A stretch of DNA of 64,000 nucleotides from Octopus sinensis (Eukaryota), in contig NC_043003.1 in NCBI RefSeq assembly GCF_006345805.1, positions 107,632,001-107,696,000 on the forward strand. The letters run 5' to 3'. A program made the translations under genes and the position numbers. Positions 27,475 through 41,418 of the stretch are shown here, one piece after another. Under the pieces are notes generated by a model. The model was not told the origin of the DNA and did no database searches. It worked only from the letters and a program-made list of their open reading frames with translations. The first letter of the stretch is position 1. Each line of letters begins with the position of its first letter.

Positions 27475-27478
<4 letters not shown>
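26300..27478 (+). mobile_element. Penelope-like element 3' end (Neptune-like GIY-YIG endonuclease, C-rich tail, pseudo-LTR)
   Basis: FTCSRPRCRT..FTCTSSNAIYCISCSLC..YIGQT..RFVEH..PVSAHF..RREQGLIF..PHGHN (26295-26747), then low-complexity C/CA tract and a hammerhead-like motif at 27355-27390. Confidence 0.85.
27355..27390 (+). ncRNA. Minimal type I hammerhead ribozyme variant (atypical core)
   Basis: UUUU-CUGUUGAA-GAGC(GUAG)GCUC-GAAAC-GUA-AAAG. Stem II 4 bp, palindromic ACGU helix III, A6 replaced by U. Confidence 0.5.

Positions 27479-27558
<80 letters not shown>
27479..27558. repeat. (TA)n microsatellite
   Basis: Direct reading. Confidence 0.97.
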
Positions 27559-27562
<4 letters not shown>

Positions 27563-27865
27563 TAAACCGACGATCCTCCGCATCGTATCTATTGTCCAAA
27601 TTTCGCTCTGAAGACATAAAACCACAGCAGAAGACCTTTTTGTGTACATGGATTGGACTCAGAGTTGCTAAATGGGTGTGAAAGAATTTCTCCACCCAAG
27701 ATTCTTTTAATAATTCTGCTACAGTCGCTAGTTATTATGGCTTGCATGTAGCATGAATTGTTAGATGGAGCGACTGTATAGGATTACAGTCGCTAGTGCA
27801 ATAATTTGTAAAACTCTGGGAGTTCACAGGAACAGTAATTATAATCAATGAGTTGTCTTCGGACT

Positions 27866-28167
27866 TTTGGTTTCAAAATTTTGGCCACTTCCTAGCACCT
27901 ATACCATTATCCACACACCCACACATGCACACACGCACACATGCACACACGCACACATGCACACACGCACACGTCAAGCGATTTCGGGGAAGCGGGTAAA
28001 TCAGTTACATCGACCCCAGTGTTCAACTGGTACTTATTTTATCGATTCTGGAAGGATGAAATGTAAAGTCGACCTCGGCAGAATTTGAACTCAGAACGTA
28101 AAGACGGACGAGGTGTCACTAAGTATTTTGTTCGACGTCTCAATGATTCTGCCAGCTCGCTGCCTTT
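27866..28167 (-). mobile_element. SINE family A with PLE-derived insertion in its tail
   Basis: SINE core 27995-28167; tail tggtttcaaaattttggc interrupted by sequence matching 27123-27171. Confidence 0.8.
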
Positions 28168-28197
28168 GTTGTCATAAAAGATATTAGAATTCCTTAC

Positions 28198-28303
28198 CAT
28201 AAAGTTAGTATACCCTGTGCCTATAGTTAGATATACTATTTCACAGTTGAGCTCTACGTCAATTACCATTATCCAATCTGCTTGTAATATAGTGCTTAGG
28301 TCA
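28198..28303 (-). CDS. Host gene exon D (phase 2 to 0): xDLSTILQADWIMVIDVELNCEIVYLTIGTGYTNFM
   Basis: Acceptor gtaatttctcctatatttactctgtatatcataaacag, donor ATG|gtaagg, open frame. Aligns with exon A (D[IL]S..L...W ... [FY]L.I). Confidence 0.72.
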
Positions 28304-29384
28304 CTGTTTATGATATACAGAGTAAATATAGGAGAAATTACGATAAACACAGGATTATATCATGTGTTCCCTACATTCCTTTTCTCGTTGTGATTGTCTG
28401 GAACCACAGCATTGAATGAATGTTCCATGTGTAGTTAGATCCTTAACTACAATGAATCACCAGGGAACAATTTATTGCATTATATTGCAGGAGACCAGAT
28501 TTTGTCTCATCTACATAGTGTACTCTTGATGGTCAACTATCATAGAGGGAGACAATCCCTTCTAGATTAATTTAAGATGAGGCAGGTTTGGAAGTCAGAA
28601 AATTATATAAAAACGTAAAGATGGCGTTAGAATTTAACCGTTTAATACCTCTTTTTCCATATACTATATAGATCTTAGAATTTCTAGTCGTTTTCTTCTA
28701 TTTTATATAAAATCAAAATTACCGAAAAGGGCACATGCAGAACCTGATCTATATTTAAAACTTCCTGCCAAAGAACGTAAAATAGAACATGACATCAACA
28801 AAGCATAAACTGTCACATGAAACAAATAAACGTTTTGCTTAATACCGCCATCAATATTACCCTTTGCCTGACCAAACATTTTCGTAAGTTTATCCTAAAC
28901 GTCCATGTTTGTTTTCTGACTTTTTGCTAACCCTTGTTTAAAACATTCTGAGTAATACAAATCTTTCCTTTCATAAGTCCTAAGTTTCTCTGGTAGCTGA
29001 AAAAGATTGGGAATCTGTCTCATATATGATGCATGGATGCCAGGGAAACATATCCTGTTTCCCATGTGATACACAGGACAGTGAAAGGGATAAGCAATTG
29101 TGGCATAGATATTATTCAAGAGGAAAAAATGGTTTCTTGAGAAAGCAGGTCTCTCAGAAGCGTTGGATCAGTGGGAAAGTATATTTGAATAAAAGAGATC
29201 TTTGGAACTGAAAATGCTGGGAATCACAGCGTTAGGGTTCGAATTAAAAGAAATTTGCAAAAGAAATTGCTAAACATTTTAGCATTCAGATTACTTTGTC
29301 AAATGTAATGTTTCTTAATTCTCATTGTTTTTAATTAATCATAATTTACCTTGTAGCTTCGACATTTCAATGGTATTCTTTTAT

Positions 29385-29790
29385 TTGTTTGAGTCATTTG
29401 ACTGTAACCATGCTGGAGCACCGCATTTAGTCGAACAAATCGACTCCAGGACTTATTCTTTGTAAGCCTAGTATTTATTCTATCGGTCTCTTTTGTGGAA
29501 CTGCTAAGTTACGGAGGTGTAAACAAACCAGCATCGGTTGTCAGGCGATGGTGGTGGTAGTGTGGGGGAAGGGACAAATACAGACACACAAACACACACA
29601 CACACATATATAATACATACACACACATATATATATACGACGGGCTTCTTTCAGTTTCCGTCTACCAAATCCATTTACAAGACTTTGGTCGGCCCGAGGC
29701 TATAGTAAAAGACACTTGCGCAAGGTGCCACGCAGTGGGACTGAACCTAGAACCATGTGGTTGGTAAGCAAGCTACTTATCACACACCCA
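29385..29790 (-). mobile_element. SINE family B, near full length
   Basis: Complete reverse-complement match from head (ccatgtggttggtaagcaagct) to tail (gtttgagtcatttgactg). Confidence 0.9.
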
Positions 29791-30499
29791 TTTTTTAGAA
29801 TGACATTGTTGGGTAGGTGTGAGATGCCGGATACGACCAGTTTAAATACAACCACACAACAGGTAGAATATTTGGACCTGATGAGACCAGTTTAAATTCT
29901 CATCAGATTCTTGCATTTGGTTTCAAAATTTTGGCCACTTCCCAGCACCTATACCATGATCCACACACCTGCACATGCACACACGCACACGTCAAGCAAT
30001 TTTGGGGAAGCAGGTACATCCCACCCACCTCCATCCCATCCCTTAGACCCCACCCTTGCTTCCCTCACTTTCGCCTCCCGCACATACCCCAACACCACTA
30101 CACACCTCGGATTTGTTTAGTCCCGCAACATGAGTGTTCCACCCTTCAGGTGACTCTACACGAGACACGAAGCAGCAATTCTGTGACACAGAGCTTTCCA
30201 TAAGGCCTCATCGTGACGAACGAAGGAAAATAGCTTCAGCTAGCAAAAGATTGGAATTGCATTGTGATCTTGGCTTCTTGAGATAACCTACACCGCCCCT
30301 CTTGCTCTACATTAGTCATTCAAGCTCAGCCCACAAAAACTTGTACTATTTCCAATCGATCGAACTCAGAATATTGCCTTCTACATTATATTTATTTAAA
30401 CGTTTGTTATCGTAGTTCAGTCAGACACAATAACAATTCCTCCTTTTATATTTATTTATTTATCCATTCATTCATTCATTCATTCATTCATTCATATAT

Positions 30500-30536
<37 letters not shown>

Positions 30537-30596
30537 TATTGGTTTTTACAGATGGAATGGTTTATGCTTTTTTAAAAGTCCATTGCACATCACATT

Positions 30597-30613
30597 ACCC
30601 ACCACTACCACCA

Positions 30614-30649
<36 letters not shown>

Positions 30650-30940
30650 ACGACGACCACCACCACCACCACCACCACCACCACCACCACCATCACCACC
30701 ACCACCAAAACTGCTCCATCAGCACCATCAACTTCACAATCATCATCACCATCACCACACCAACACTTACCGCCGCCTCAACCTCAATTAATACCGGCAG
30801 AAACATCATCATCATCATCATCATCGTCATGGGCAGTAACAGTAGCACTGTCATGACGACGACGACCACCACCACCACCGCCACCACCACCGCCACCACC
30901 ACCACCACCACCACCACTGTCATTATTGACATCATCATTA
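30597..30940. repeat. Compound trinucleotide low-complexity tract (CCA/CCG/ACG/CAT)
   Basis: Direct reading. Confidence 0.95.
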
Positions 30941-31009
30941 TTATCCTTTTTTTCCTTTCGTTCTCTGTTTCTTTTTATTACATTTCTTTCTCCCCCCTCT
31001 CTCTCTATC

Positions 31010-31050
<41 letters not shown>

Positions 31051-31499
31051 CGTATATGTATCACATTCTTTCTTTCTTTCTTTCTTTCTTTTTATGTCCC
31101 TCATTTACCAACTTCGCGTCTTTCTTCCGTTCATCTGGCACATTTTCTCTCACAATACTTGCATTTTTTCTTTTTGTGTCTTGTTTTATTCTCCATCGCA
31201 AGATCTCTTCTTCCTCATCCTCCATCCTCATCTCCCTCTCACTATCTCACTTTCTGTTTTGCCCTCCCTCCCTCCCACTCCACTCTCCTTGTCTTTATTT
31301 TTTCCCATTCCCTGTTGCCATTTTATTCTTGCACTTTGGTGCATTTTCCAGTTCGATGAAGCAGGAATTCTGTAACACATTATTCACGCTTAACACCGTC
31401 TTCTCCGGAGTGACCAATATTCCAGCGAATGAGGGGGGGGGTAAGTTATAATCACCTCTACACCCCTCCACACACAAAGATATATGTATATATAATATA

Positions 31500-31535
31500 T
31501 ACTCATGTAAGTATATGTGCACTCACATTTTATAT

Positions 31536-31607
<72 letters not shown>

Positions 31608-31706
31608 CATATGCACGCACACACACGCGCGCACACACACACATATACATACATATACATATATATGGTTTAATATGTAATCGTATACATATATACATAT
31701 ATATGT

Positions 31707-31751
<45 letters not shown>

Positions 31752-31807
31752 TATATATGTATATACATCAAATATTTGCATATAGATGTGTCGGAATGTG
31801 TGTGTAT

Positions 31808-31902
<95 letters not shown>

Positions 31903-31910
31903 GTATACAT
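31500..31910. repeat. (TA)n/(CA)n compound microsatellite
   Basis: Direct reading. Confidence 0.95.
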
Positions 31911-32900
31911 ATACATCAAATATATGCATATGTATTTGTGAGAATGTGTGTGCATACGCACGCGAGTGTGTATGTATGGAGCGTATACACAACACACATA
32001 CACGCACATATATACACAGGTCTTATACGTATCGAAATGTGTTCGGAGAAAGGCTGGATCGGATAAGAGTAAACAGGCCAATGTGTTCAAAGAGGTAATA
32101 TTACAACAAAAGTTAACATATGAAATATTCATGTAAAATCACGGTCATGTTTGGACGAGATACGAACAGGTTTAAGTGGAAAGACAGAAAGTGAAGTGGG
32201 AGAAAGAAGGAGCGGGAGAGAGAGAAAGAAAGAGTAAGAAATAGGTAGAGAAAAGGAGAGTTGTGTCCGTATGCTAATATACAATGATAAACAGACATAA
32301 AATGTGTTGTTGTTTGTGTGTTTCGGGTAGGAGCTTTGTGTGTGTCTGTGTGTGTGTATGTGTGTGTGTCTGTAAATATTCTACTTTCTGTGCGTTGAGT
32401 ATCGCTGTTTTGCATTTTATAAATGGAAAAATTCAGTACATAAAATAGTAACAGACACATACACATATACACACACATATTTTTATATAACTCTATATGT
32501 ATAAGTGTATAAGTGTATGTATATATGTGTGTGTTTCCGTATACGTGTGCGCGTGCTCTCGTATATTAATGCTTGTTTTTGTGACAAGTTACACATAAAA
32601 ACAAATTAATATTAAACTGAAGGATTACTCAATACTTTTTAGCAAGCACAATAATTTCCTGCGTTTTCTTTGTGTGTTCCAGCCCAAAGGTTCTGCCTAT
32701 GCTGGAGCACCGTCATTACCATCATCTTTACAATGTCCATTCTCATAAGATTTGCTTTAATGAATGAAATTGATATTGCTGTCTCATGTGAATTTCTTGC
32801 CGTGACTTAGTCTGCCCCTCAATTTTGTTTAGTACGGTATTAAACAGCTGTGGGCCTTCGAATCCCATACCATTTCAATATCTGGCCCTCACGCTAGACA

Positions 32901-33095
32901 GTGTAGTTGGGCCCTTTGGCACAATGCATTAGCGTCCTATCCAGGGTTAGTATGGCTTTCGATGCCAGCCTCTCCAGGATCGTCTATATATATAGCCGTG
33001 TAGCTGGGCCCTTTGATACAGTGCAGAAGCGTCCTTTCTGGGGTTGGTATGGTTTCGATGCCAGCCCTTCCAAGATCTTACATATATATATATAT
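32901..33095 (+). repeat. Two-copy 97-bp tandem repeat
   Basis: gtgtag(t/c)tgggccctttg..gcgtcct..gtatgg(c/t)ttcgatgccagcc..tatatatat at 32901 and 32998. Confidence 0.85.
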
Positions 33096-33555
33096 GCACC
33101 CATGTCTTTCCCATCTTTGCTCCAGGGCGAAAATGAGAAAGATATTCTAACTCTTTCAACTTCTCTCAATACCTCAATAGTCAACTGACGCAATCTTCTT
33201 GGTGTAGCGCAGTTGAATTGCTTCGAGTTACACTCTTAATTTGATGCTGTGGGTGACCATTACTGAAAGCAGTAGTCCAGTCGGCTGAGGGCAAACGTCC
33301 ACCATAGGATTGTGTGGTTACCTGGTACTTTGTTCAGAAAGTTCTCTGAATCAATCTTTGTTCATGTTTCGATTAACTATATATATATATATATATCTAT
33401 CTGTAAATATAATATGTGACAATTATTCGGTAGCCTTGATAAAACTCCGAGTTTCGGATGTCGGTGCGGAAACCCACGCCGCCATCTCTTCAGTTATCCG
33501 GCTATCGAAAAAAATGTTATGAAAATGACCGTCAAACAAAGGTAAATGCCTTAAT

Positions 33556-35827
33556 GGTCATTTTCATAGCATTTTTTCGATGGCCGGGTAACTGAAGAGA
33601 TGGCGGCGTGGGTTTCTGCCCCGACATCCGAAACACTGCGAGGATTAGTGGCACTGATTAAGAAAGACCCAAACAAGGGGTACATCATTGATAATTTCAG
33701 GCCCATCACTCTGCTCAACACAGATTTGAAAATTCTGGCCAAGGTGTTAGCAGAGAGGTTGGCGCTTGTCATCAAGAAACTAGTCAACAAGGCGCAAACA
33801 TGCGCCGTGCCGGGTAGAAGTATTCATGACAACCTCCATCTGATGCGCTACATCATAGACAGGGTAGTCAAGAATCCTGGCATGGGTGGGGCGCTGATCA
33901 ATTTGGATCAATCAAAAGCTTTCGATAGGGTAGAACATCACTACTTGGAGGCTGTCCTTAAAGCGACTGGTTTCGGTCCAGTTTACCGCGGTTGGATCGC
34001 TGCCTTATACAGCGGCATCCGCTCAGTGGTTCGCGTAAATGGTCATCTATCCAGACCTTTTAACATCATGCGTTCGGTTCGTAAGGGATGTCCCCTCTCA
34101 TCGCTGCTGTATGTATTGACTCTTGAGCCACTACTGCGGAAACTGGCGACGCTGAGGGGCATCCCACGAGAGCTGGGATGCGGGAGGAGCGTGTCTGCAT
34201 ACGCGGATGACGTCACCGTCATAGTGTCGAACTACCAGCACATCGAGCTGGTCAGCGAGACACTAAAAGAATACGAAGCGGTAACGGGAGCAAAAATTAA
34301 CCGGGAAAAGTCAGTGGGCTTGCGGTTCGGCACCTGGAGAAGCAGCCCCATGCCGTCCAACAGCGTCTCCATCGTGGGACGTGGACGGATGGACCGGTTA
34401 AATTGCTCGGGGTCTGGTTCGGTCCGGACCTCCAAATGGAGAAGAACTGGGGCGAAATAACGACTAGGGTGGCTACTCTCACCCAGAAATGGGCTGAGAG
34501 AAAGCTATCCCTAAAAGGTCGGGCGGAGGTGGTGAACGCGTACATCGCATCCGTCATCGAGTATCGTCTGACCGTCGTGCCTTGTCCCGACCCTACCATC
34601 ATCAAACTGGAACGTATACTCTTCCGCTTCCTGTGGAAGGGAAACGTTCCGATGGTTAGGCGATCCATTTGCTGTCAACACCCGCTAAATGGAGGGCTGG
34701 GCATACCGTGGTTGATGATGCGCAGACATGCGCTGAGACTGCGACATCTCCGGCGCTTAATAGACTCCTTGGCCGAACTACAGTCATGGATCAAGCAGAG
34801 ACCGAGGCTAGGCGAATGGCACCGCGAGTGTCGCGTTGCTCTTAAGCAACTCTGCCGTCCGAGATCGAACTTGTGCGACTCCATCACAACAAAGGCATTC
34901 TATAGAGGATTAGTGTAGGGGAGGTGCGACAACGATCTCGGGCAGAGTCTGGGCGTCGACGATGAACACCTGACCCGCCTGTTCACGACAACTTTCGGGC
35001 CGGGACCTATGAACAATCACCAAAGATCCCTGGCCTGGCAGTGCTATCGAGAAGTATTACCTGTTCGGGATAAGCTCTACAGATATGGTTCCAGACACAC
35101 TGGACCGACTTGCCCGAGATGCGGTCAGAGCGACGAAACCGTTCTGCACGCACTCGTGCAATGTCCAACCATTTCAGACCTGTGGGCTTATGCCGAACGG
35201 CTGCTGTCACGTGTGGGACGAGTCCGCCTATCAGCCGAGTCTATCCTGAATATTGCTCCGCCTCCTTCCCTCAACCGGGAAGGCAAGGCAGTTTTCATCG
35301 TACTGGTGGCCATGGTGAAAGAATGTGTGTGGTGGACCCGAACGAAAGGATTAGAGACAAACACTTACCTCTCTGGCCAATCGCTCATCAACTTTTTCAA
35401 GTCCCTCTTGAAAAGAAAGATGAGAATGGAGAGGGAAGTTTTGTCTCGCGAAAGATTAAAAAAAAGATGGGTGAATGTTGCAAAGATGGTACGTGCGAGT
35501 GACGAAACCATTTTGAGCATGACCCTGTAAATCGTAAAAAAGAAAGAGAGAGCATTTTGCTCTCATGTGGTTATTTCCTCCCTGACTGAGGTTCCCGTGG
35601 TCTTTTCTGTAGGCTTTTCTTCCCACGGATCAACCCAATCTTGTTTTATCAATGTTTTTATCAATGTTTCTGTGATACATGATTTCTTTTTTTTTTTTTG
35701 CCTCCTCTCGATCCCTTTTGATCGCAATCTTACATTTATTTTCCTTTTTTTCCACCCTCGAAAAGAAAAGCTCTACATTTGTATTTGTCCCCTCTGTATT
35801 CAGCCCTGTGTGGCTAATAAAAGAAAG

Positions 35828-35828
<1 letters not shown>
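33556..35828 (+). mobile_element. Tx1-clade (L1 group) LINE, 5'-truncated copy 1
   Basis: RT: FRPITLLNTDLKILAKVLA, LDQSKAFDRV, GCPLS, AYADDVTV (33600-34460). C-terminal CPRCGQSDETVLHALVQCP. 3' UTR ends at ..ctaataaaagaaag followed by (TATC)n. Confidence 0.92.
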
Positions 35829-36135
<307 letters not shown>

Positions 36136-36574
36136 ATGTATGTATGTATGTATGTGTGCATCAGCCGCCCTTTTCACAGTTTCTGTTTATCAAGTGTCAG
36201 ACAGAAGACTTTGGACGCGTCGAAGCTATGAGAGTCGTCAAATAATCAGATTGTGAAGTGAACGTCTTAGCTACACAGCCATTACTGCTGATGTCTTATA
36301 CAAATCACTAAAAGTAATTAGACGAACTAAGTCATCATTTCACAAACAACTCTCTCTTTTAATAGCCAGAATACAGATATGATGAAAGCAACGATACGAC
36401 TAAGATTCTTGATTGGCTTTCCGAAGACAAGGAGAGCGGACAACAAGAGGAACTCGGATATATCTTTTTGAGGTGTAGCCATGTGGTTAGCAAATTTGTT
36501 TTGCAACGATGTTGTTGCGAGTTCAGTCGCACTGCGCGCCACTTCGTCAGATATCCTCTATCAGAACAAATAGT

Positions 36575-37562
<988 letters not shown>

Positions 37563-37837
37563 CGTATTTATCTATCTATCTACCTATCTGACTGGCAGAC
37601 TGTCTTTCTGTGTGTGACGGAGGGTCACAAACGTTTTAGGTCGGTGGAAATTGCATTCAGTTCCTCGAGGTACATAATTAATTGGATATGAGTTCTTCCA
37701 GAGCAAACTGAAATTCTATTAAATAACCTTTCGCAAAGGTGTTCATTGTTTCATCAACCTGTGCAGTTTGTAAGCAGATTCCTTCAGTCTCTCATAAGTC
37801 TACTTTTGTATCTCTGCCGACGTACCAATAATACCTA

Positions 37838-38066
37838 TTTCTTTATTACCCACAAGGGGCTAAACACAGAGGGGACAAACAAGGACAGGCATAGGTATTA
37901 AGTAGATTACATCGACCCCAGTGCGTAACTGGTACTTAATTTATCGACCCCGAAAGGATGAAAGGCAAAGTCGACCTCGGCGGAATTTGAACTCACAACG
38001 TAACGCAGACGAAATACCGCGAAGCATTTCCCTCAGCGTGCTAACGCTTCAGCCAACTCGCCGCCT
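37838..38066 (-). mobile_element. SINE family A, full length
   Basis: Full match to 10917-11147; flanking taatacc direct repeat is a likely TSD. Confidence 0.9.
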
Positions 38067-39312
38067 TTAATACCCTTACATAACACATTATGACAGTGGT
38101 ATTTTCACAGTTTCATTGACTACCATCCCACTGACTACCATTATGCAAACAGGCTTGATCGACTTTTCTCCCTTAGCATGGGCCACCTTCATTCCCCCTC
38201 GCAGTTTCTTCAAAAGCCTCGAATCTAGCTATCGAGACCTTTCCTGAACCATTAGCTTTACTTTTAGAAAACAGAGCCTTGCATTTTAAGATACGTTAGA
38301 AGTCCCGCGAATTATAAATGCTTTTGTGTCAAATGTGAACGCTTATTAGTAAAATAGAATTGTAGTTTGCTTGACTGCATCATCTCGTTGTTCAACTTAT
38401 CTCCACAGATTGTGAGCGGATTTCCTTCTTACCGAAACCGAGTACTGAATAAGTTACGAAATTTTGCCTACTCTTTCGAATCTAATACGCAGCTGTTGAC
38501 AATGGTAGGCCTAGTCGACAACACGTCAACACCCATATTCACTAAATCACAAGATAGGCAGTTTATAGCCGCATTTCCACTATCCCAGTCTAAGAACTAT
38601 TTTTTATTTATAACATTTTGACTGAATTTCAATCTGAGATGTAAACAACGAAAATTCCGACAAATATTAATAAAATTGGCTGCTTCAAAATGTCAACTGA
38701 ATTCCGCAGCGATTGTAGTTTAAAGGAGTTAACTTTTAGTCTTTATATTCCTTGAAATAAAAGTTAAAATAAAGGTTTGAACATTAAAGGAAAAAGAAAA
38801 AGGATAAAGAAAAAGAAAGAAAAAGTTATTTTAAAAATTTCTTCTCGTTTCCTTTTACATATGAAATTTCCCTTTACTCAGAACGGAAAAAGTGTTCAAT
38901 GCACCGCCCCGTGGCGTCCGCTGACCACTGTTGAGAACCTATGATCTAGGACATGAGAAACAGTCATATTGTGAACAATATAAACAGAAGAGGAAGAAAG
39001 AACTGTGTAGCGGAGAAAGAAAGAGACACATGCATACACACACACACACACACTCTCTCGCTCTCTCTCTCGAACACATACACACACATACAGACGTAAA
39101 TAAAGTGGTGATCTGACAGAATCGTTTGCGCGTCTTTCAAAATGCTTAGGGGAATATTTCCGGCTCTTTACGTTCTCAGTTCAAATCCTGCTGATTGCAA
39201 TTTTGACTTTCATACTTTCGAGGTCGACAAAAAGCATCAATCAAATACTGGGGTCAATATAATCGGCTAAATTTCTCCCTTAAAACTGCTGTCCTTGTGT
39301 CAAGATATGAAA

Positions 39313-39380
<68 letters not shown>

Positions 39381-39899
39381 AATGAAGTATAAGGAAATGA
39401 AAAATTGTAGGCGTAGACGAACTTTAATTCATAATCCAGGTTGGTACAGAACCCATATACATTCTCAAAATGGCTTTTTTTTTTACTTTATTCGCCCCTT
39501 CCTTTCTCATTCATATGCTGAAAACAGGAAGAATTTCAACCGTGTTTCGTGGTCTGCTACTACAACAGCTCCTTTATAGGATCCAGTTAGCTGAAGACAT
39601 CACCAGGAGAAACCACGCCCGATTTCGGCCCCTACTCCACTACCGTTTTGACGTGGCCCCTATCCTTTCGGAGGTGCCTTCAGCTCTGGTGTTGGGTGCA
39701 TGTCTTCTTCTTTCTTCGGTTCCCTGGCCTCTACGATGTAGCGTCAACGAGTGTCAGCGGGCGACTGATTGACTTGTCAAATTTTCCCCTTTAAATACCT
39801 GCTGCTAGGCCCTAGCAAGTTGTCACGTGACACTGTCTCAACTTTAACTGACCAATGAAAGTGCGTAGTCTCAGCCCACGCATTCTCTAAACGATACCC

Positions 39900-40130
39900 A
39901 TTTCTTTACTACCCACAAGGGGCCAAATACAGAGAGGACTAAAAAGGACAGACAAACGGATTAAGTCGATTATATCGACCCCAGTGCGTAACTGGTACTT
40001 AATTTATCGACCCCGAAAGGATGAAAGGCAAAGTCGACCTCGGCGGAATTTGAACTCAGAACGTAGCGGCAGACGAAATACTGCTAAGTATTTCACCCGT
40101 CGGGCTAACGTTTCTGCCAGATCGCCGCCT
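39900..40130 (-). mobile_element. SINE family A, full length with 15-bp TSD
   Basis: cattctctaaacgat at 39881-39895 and 40133-40147 flanks the element. Confidence 0.93.
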
Positions 40131-40731
40131 TCCATTCTCTAAACGATGCCGTCATCTGTCAATCAGCGAAGCTAATTCAGTGTCAGCTTTCTCCGTGTTC
40201 TTTCTCCTGCGGTTATTACTTTCTCACACACTTTCGGTCATGAATATTACTCTCTTTGCCTCTCCTTCATTGTGTTACTATTTTCTCTCCTCTCCCTTCA
40301 CTGATACTACTCTTTCTCTTTCTCCGTTCTACTGTTTTATTTGTAGAAGGCTATTTTGTAAAACAAAGAATTGCTTTTTCTTTTTATTTTCGTTTGATAT
40401 TACCATATTATTAACTTCGAATTAGGACATTTATTACTTTTTAGTGCATAATATATCGGTTTGTAGTTATTAATTTTTGATTAGATAACCCTATTATTTT
40501 TGTAGTTAATTTTTGTTTCATTAAATTTATCTGTCTTTTCTAGATATTTACACATCATGAATTGTAATGTTAATAAAACGCTGGAATGGTTTTTCAATAT
40601 ATATTTCCTGGTTTTGAATATCTGCTGTTCTAGTTATCTTTCATTTTATCATTATTTGTTCGTTCCCGTCTGGGCTATGAAAGGTCTTTATATACATTTT
40701 TGTTGGTTGTAATTATTCATACCACTATGTA

Positions 40732-40821
40732 ATTCCTTACGAAGAATCTAATTCTGATTTCATAAAAAGCTTTTCGTTTTTGCCTTTGGAATTAATCAGA
40801 CTCCGAAACAATTTGCAGAAT
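40732..40821 (+). ncRNA. Degenerate hammerhead-like motif
   Basis: AUUC-CUUACGA..(UCUGAUU/AAUCAGA arm)..CC-GAAAC-AAUUU-GCA-GAAU: stems present, core mutated at G5 and U16.1. Confidence 0.3.
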
Positions 40822-41038
40822 GCATATTGGTTGTTCTGTACCAACTTGGATTATGAATTAAAGTTCGTCTACATCTACAATTTCCCCTTTTCTTACACTC
40901 CATTTATTGTTTTGCAAATACTGAATATACATTTTTTATATATATATATTCTTTACTTCGACTTGGATGTACTCATGACTCTTGCTTGTGCTTTTTTCCA
41001 TGGGTGCTTGTAAGTATTTCATTTATTTCTTGTCGTAT

Positions 41039-41093
41039 TTTCTACTGAAGAGGGAAGAATAGGATTAATACCGAAATTGATTCAATATAGAAA
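41039..41093 (+). ncRNA. Type I hammerhead ribozyme, intact core
   Basis: Stem I UUUCUA/UAGAAA, CUGAAGA (41045-51), stem II GG..CC, GAAA (41073-76), stem III AUUG-auu-CAAU, cleavage triplet AUA (after 41087). Confidence 0.7.
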
Positions 41094-41270
41094 TAACGAA
41101 CTTTAAAAAAAATTCTGTTAGCTAGCTTTCCTCAATTTCAGCACGACGTGTATTTATAGTGATTGTAAAATGAAATGTGGAAATTAACGATTTAAAGTCT
41201 GTTTTCAGCATATTGGCATAGAAATAATTTTTATTTTGCCCTTGTTTTATAAGTTGTTTATATATATATG

Positions 41271-41376
<106 letters not shown>

Positions 41377-41418
41377 TTCATGTTGAGTCCGTATTCAACA
41401 TGTTCGAGATCGTGCCAG

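Noticed and set aside
29026-29211. G.QG..CF.C..W peptide faintly like a DNA-transposase motif
   Set aside because: Too short, with no flanking transposase motifs or TIRs.
31352-31440. Plus-strand exon-like segment (SMKQEFCNTLF..)
   Set aside because: The donor resembles a SINE-tail motif (ggggg-gtaagt) and no partner exons were found on this strand.
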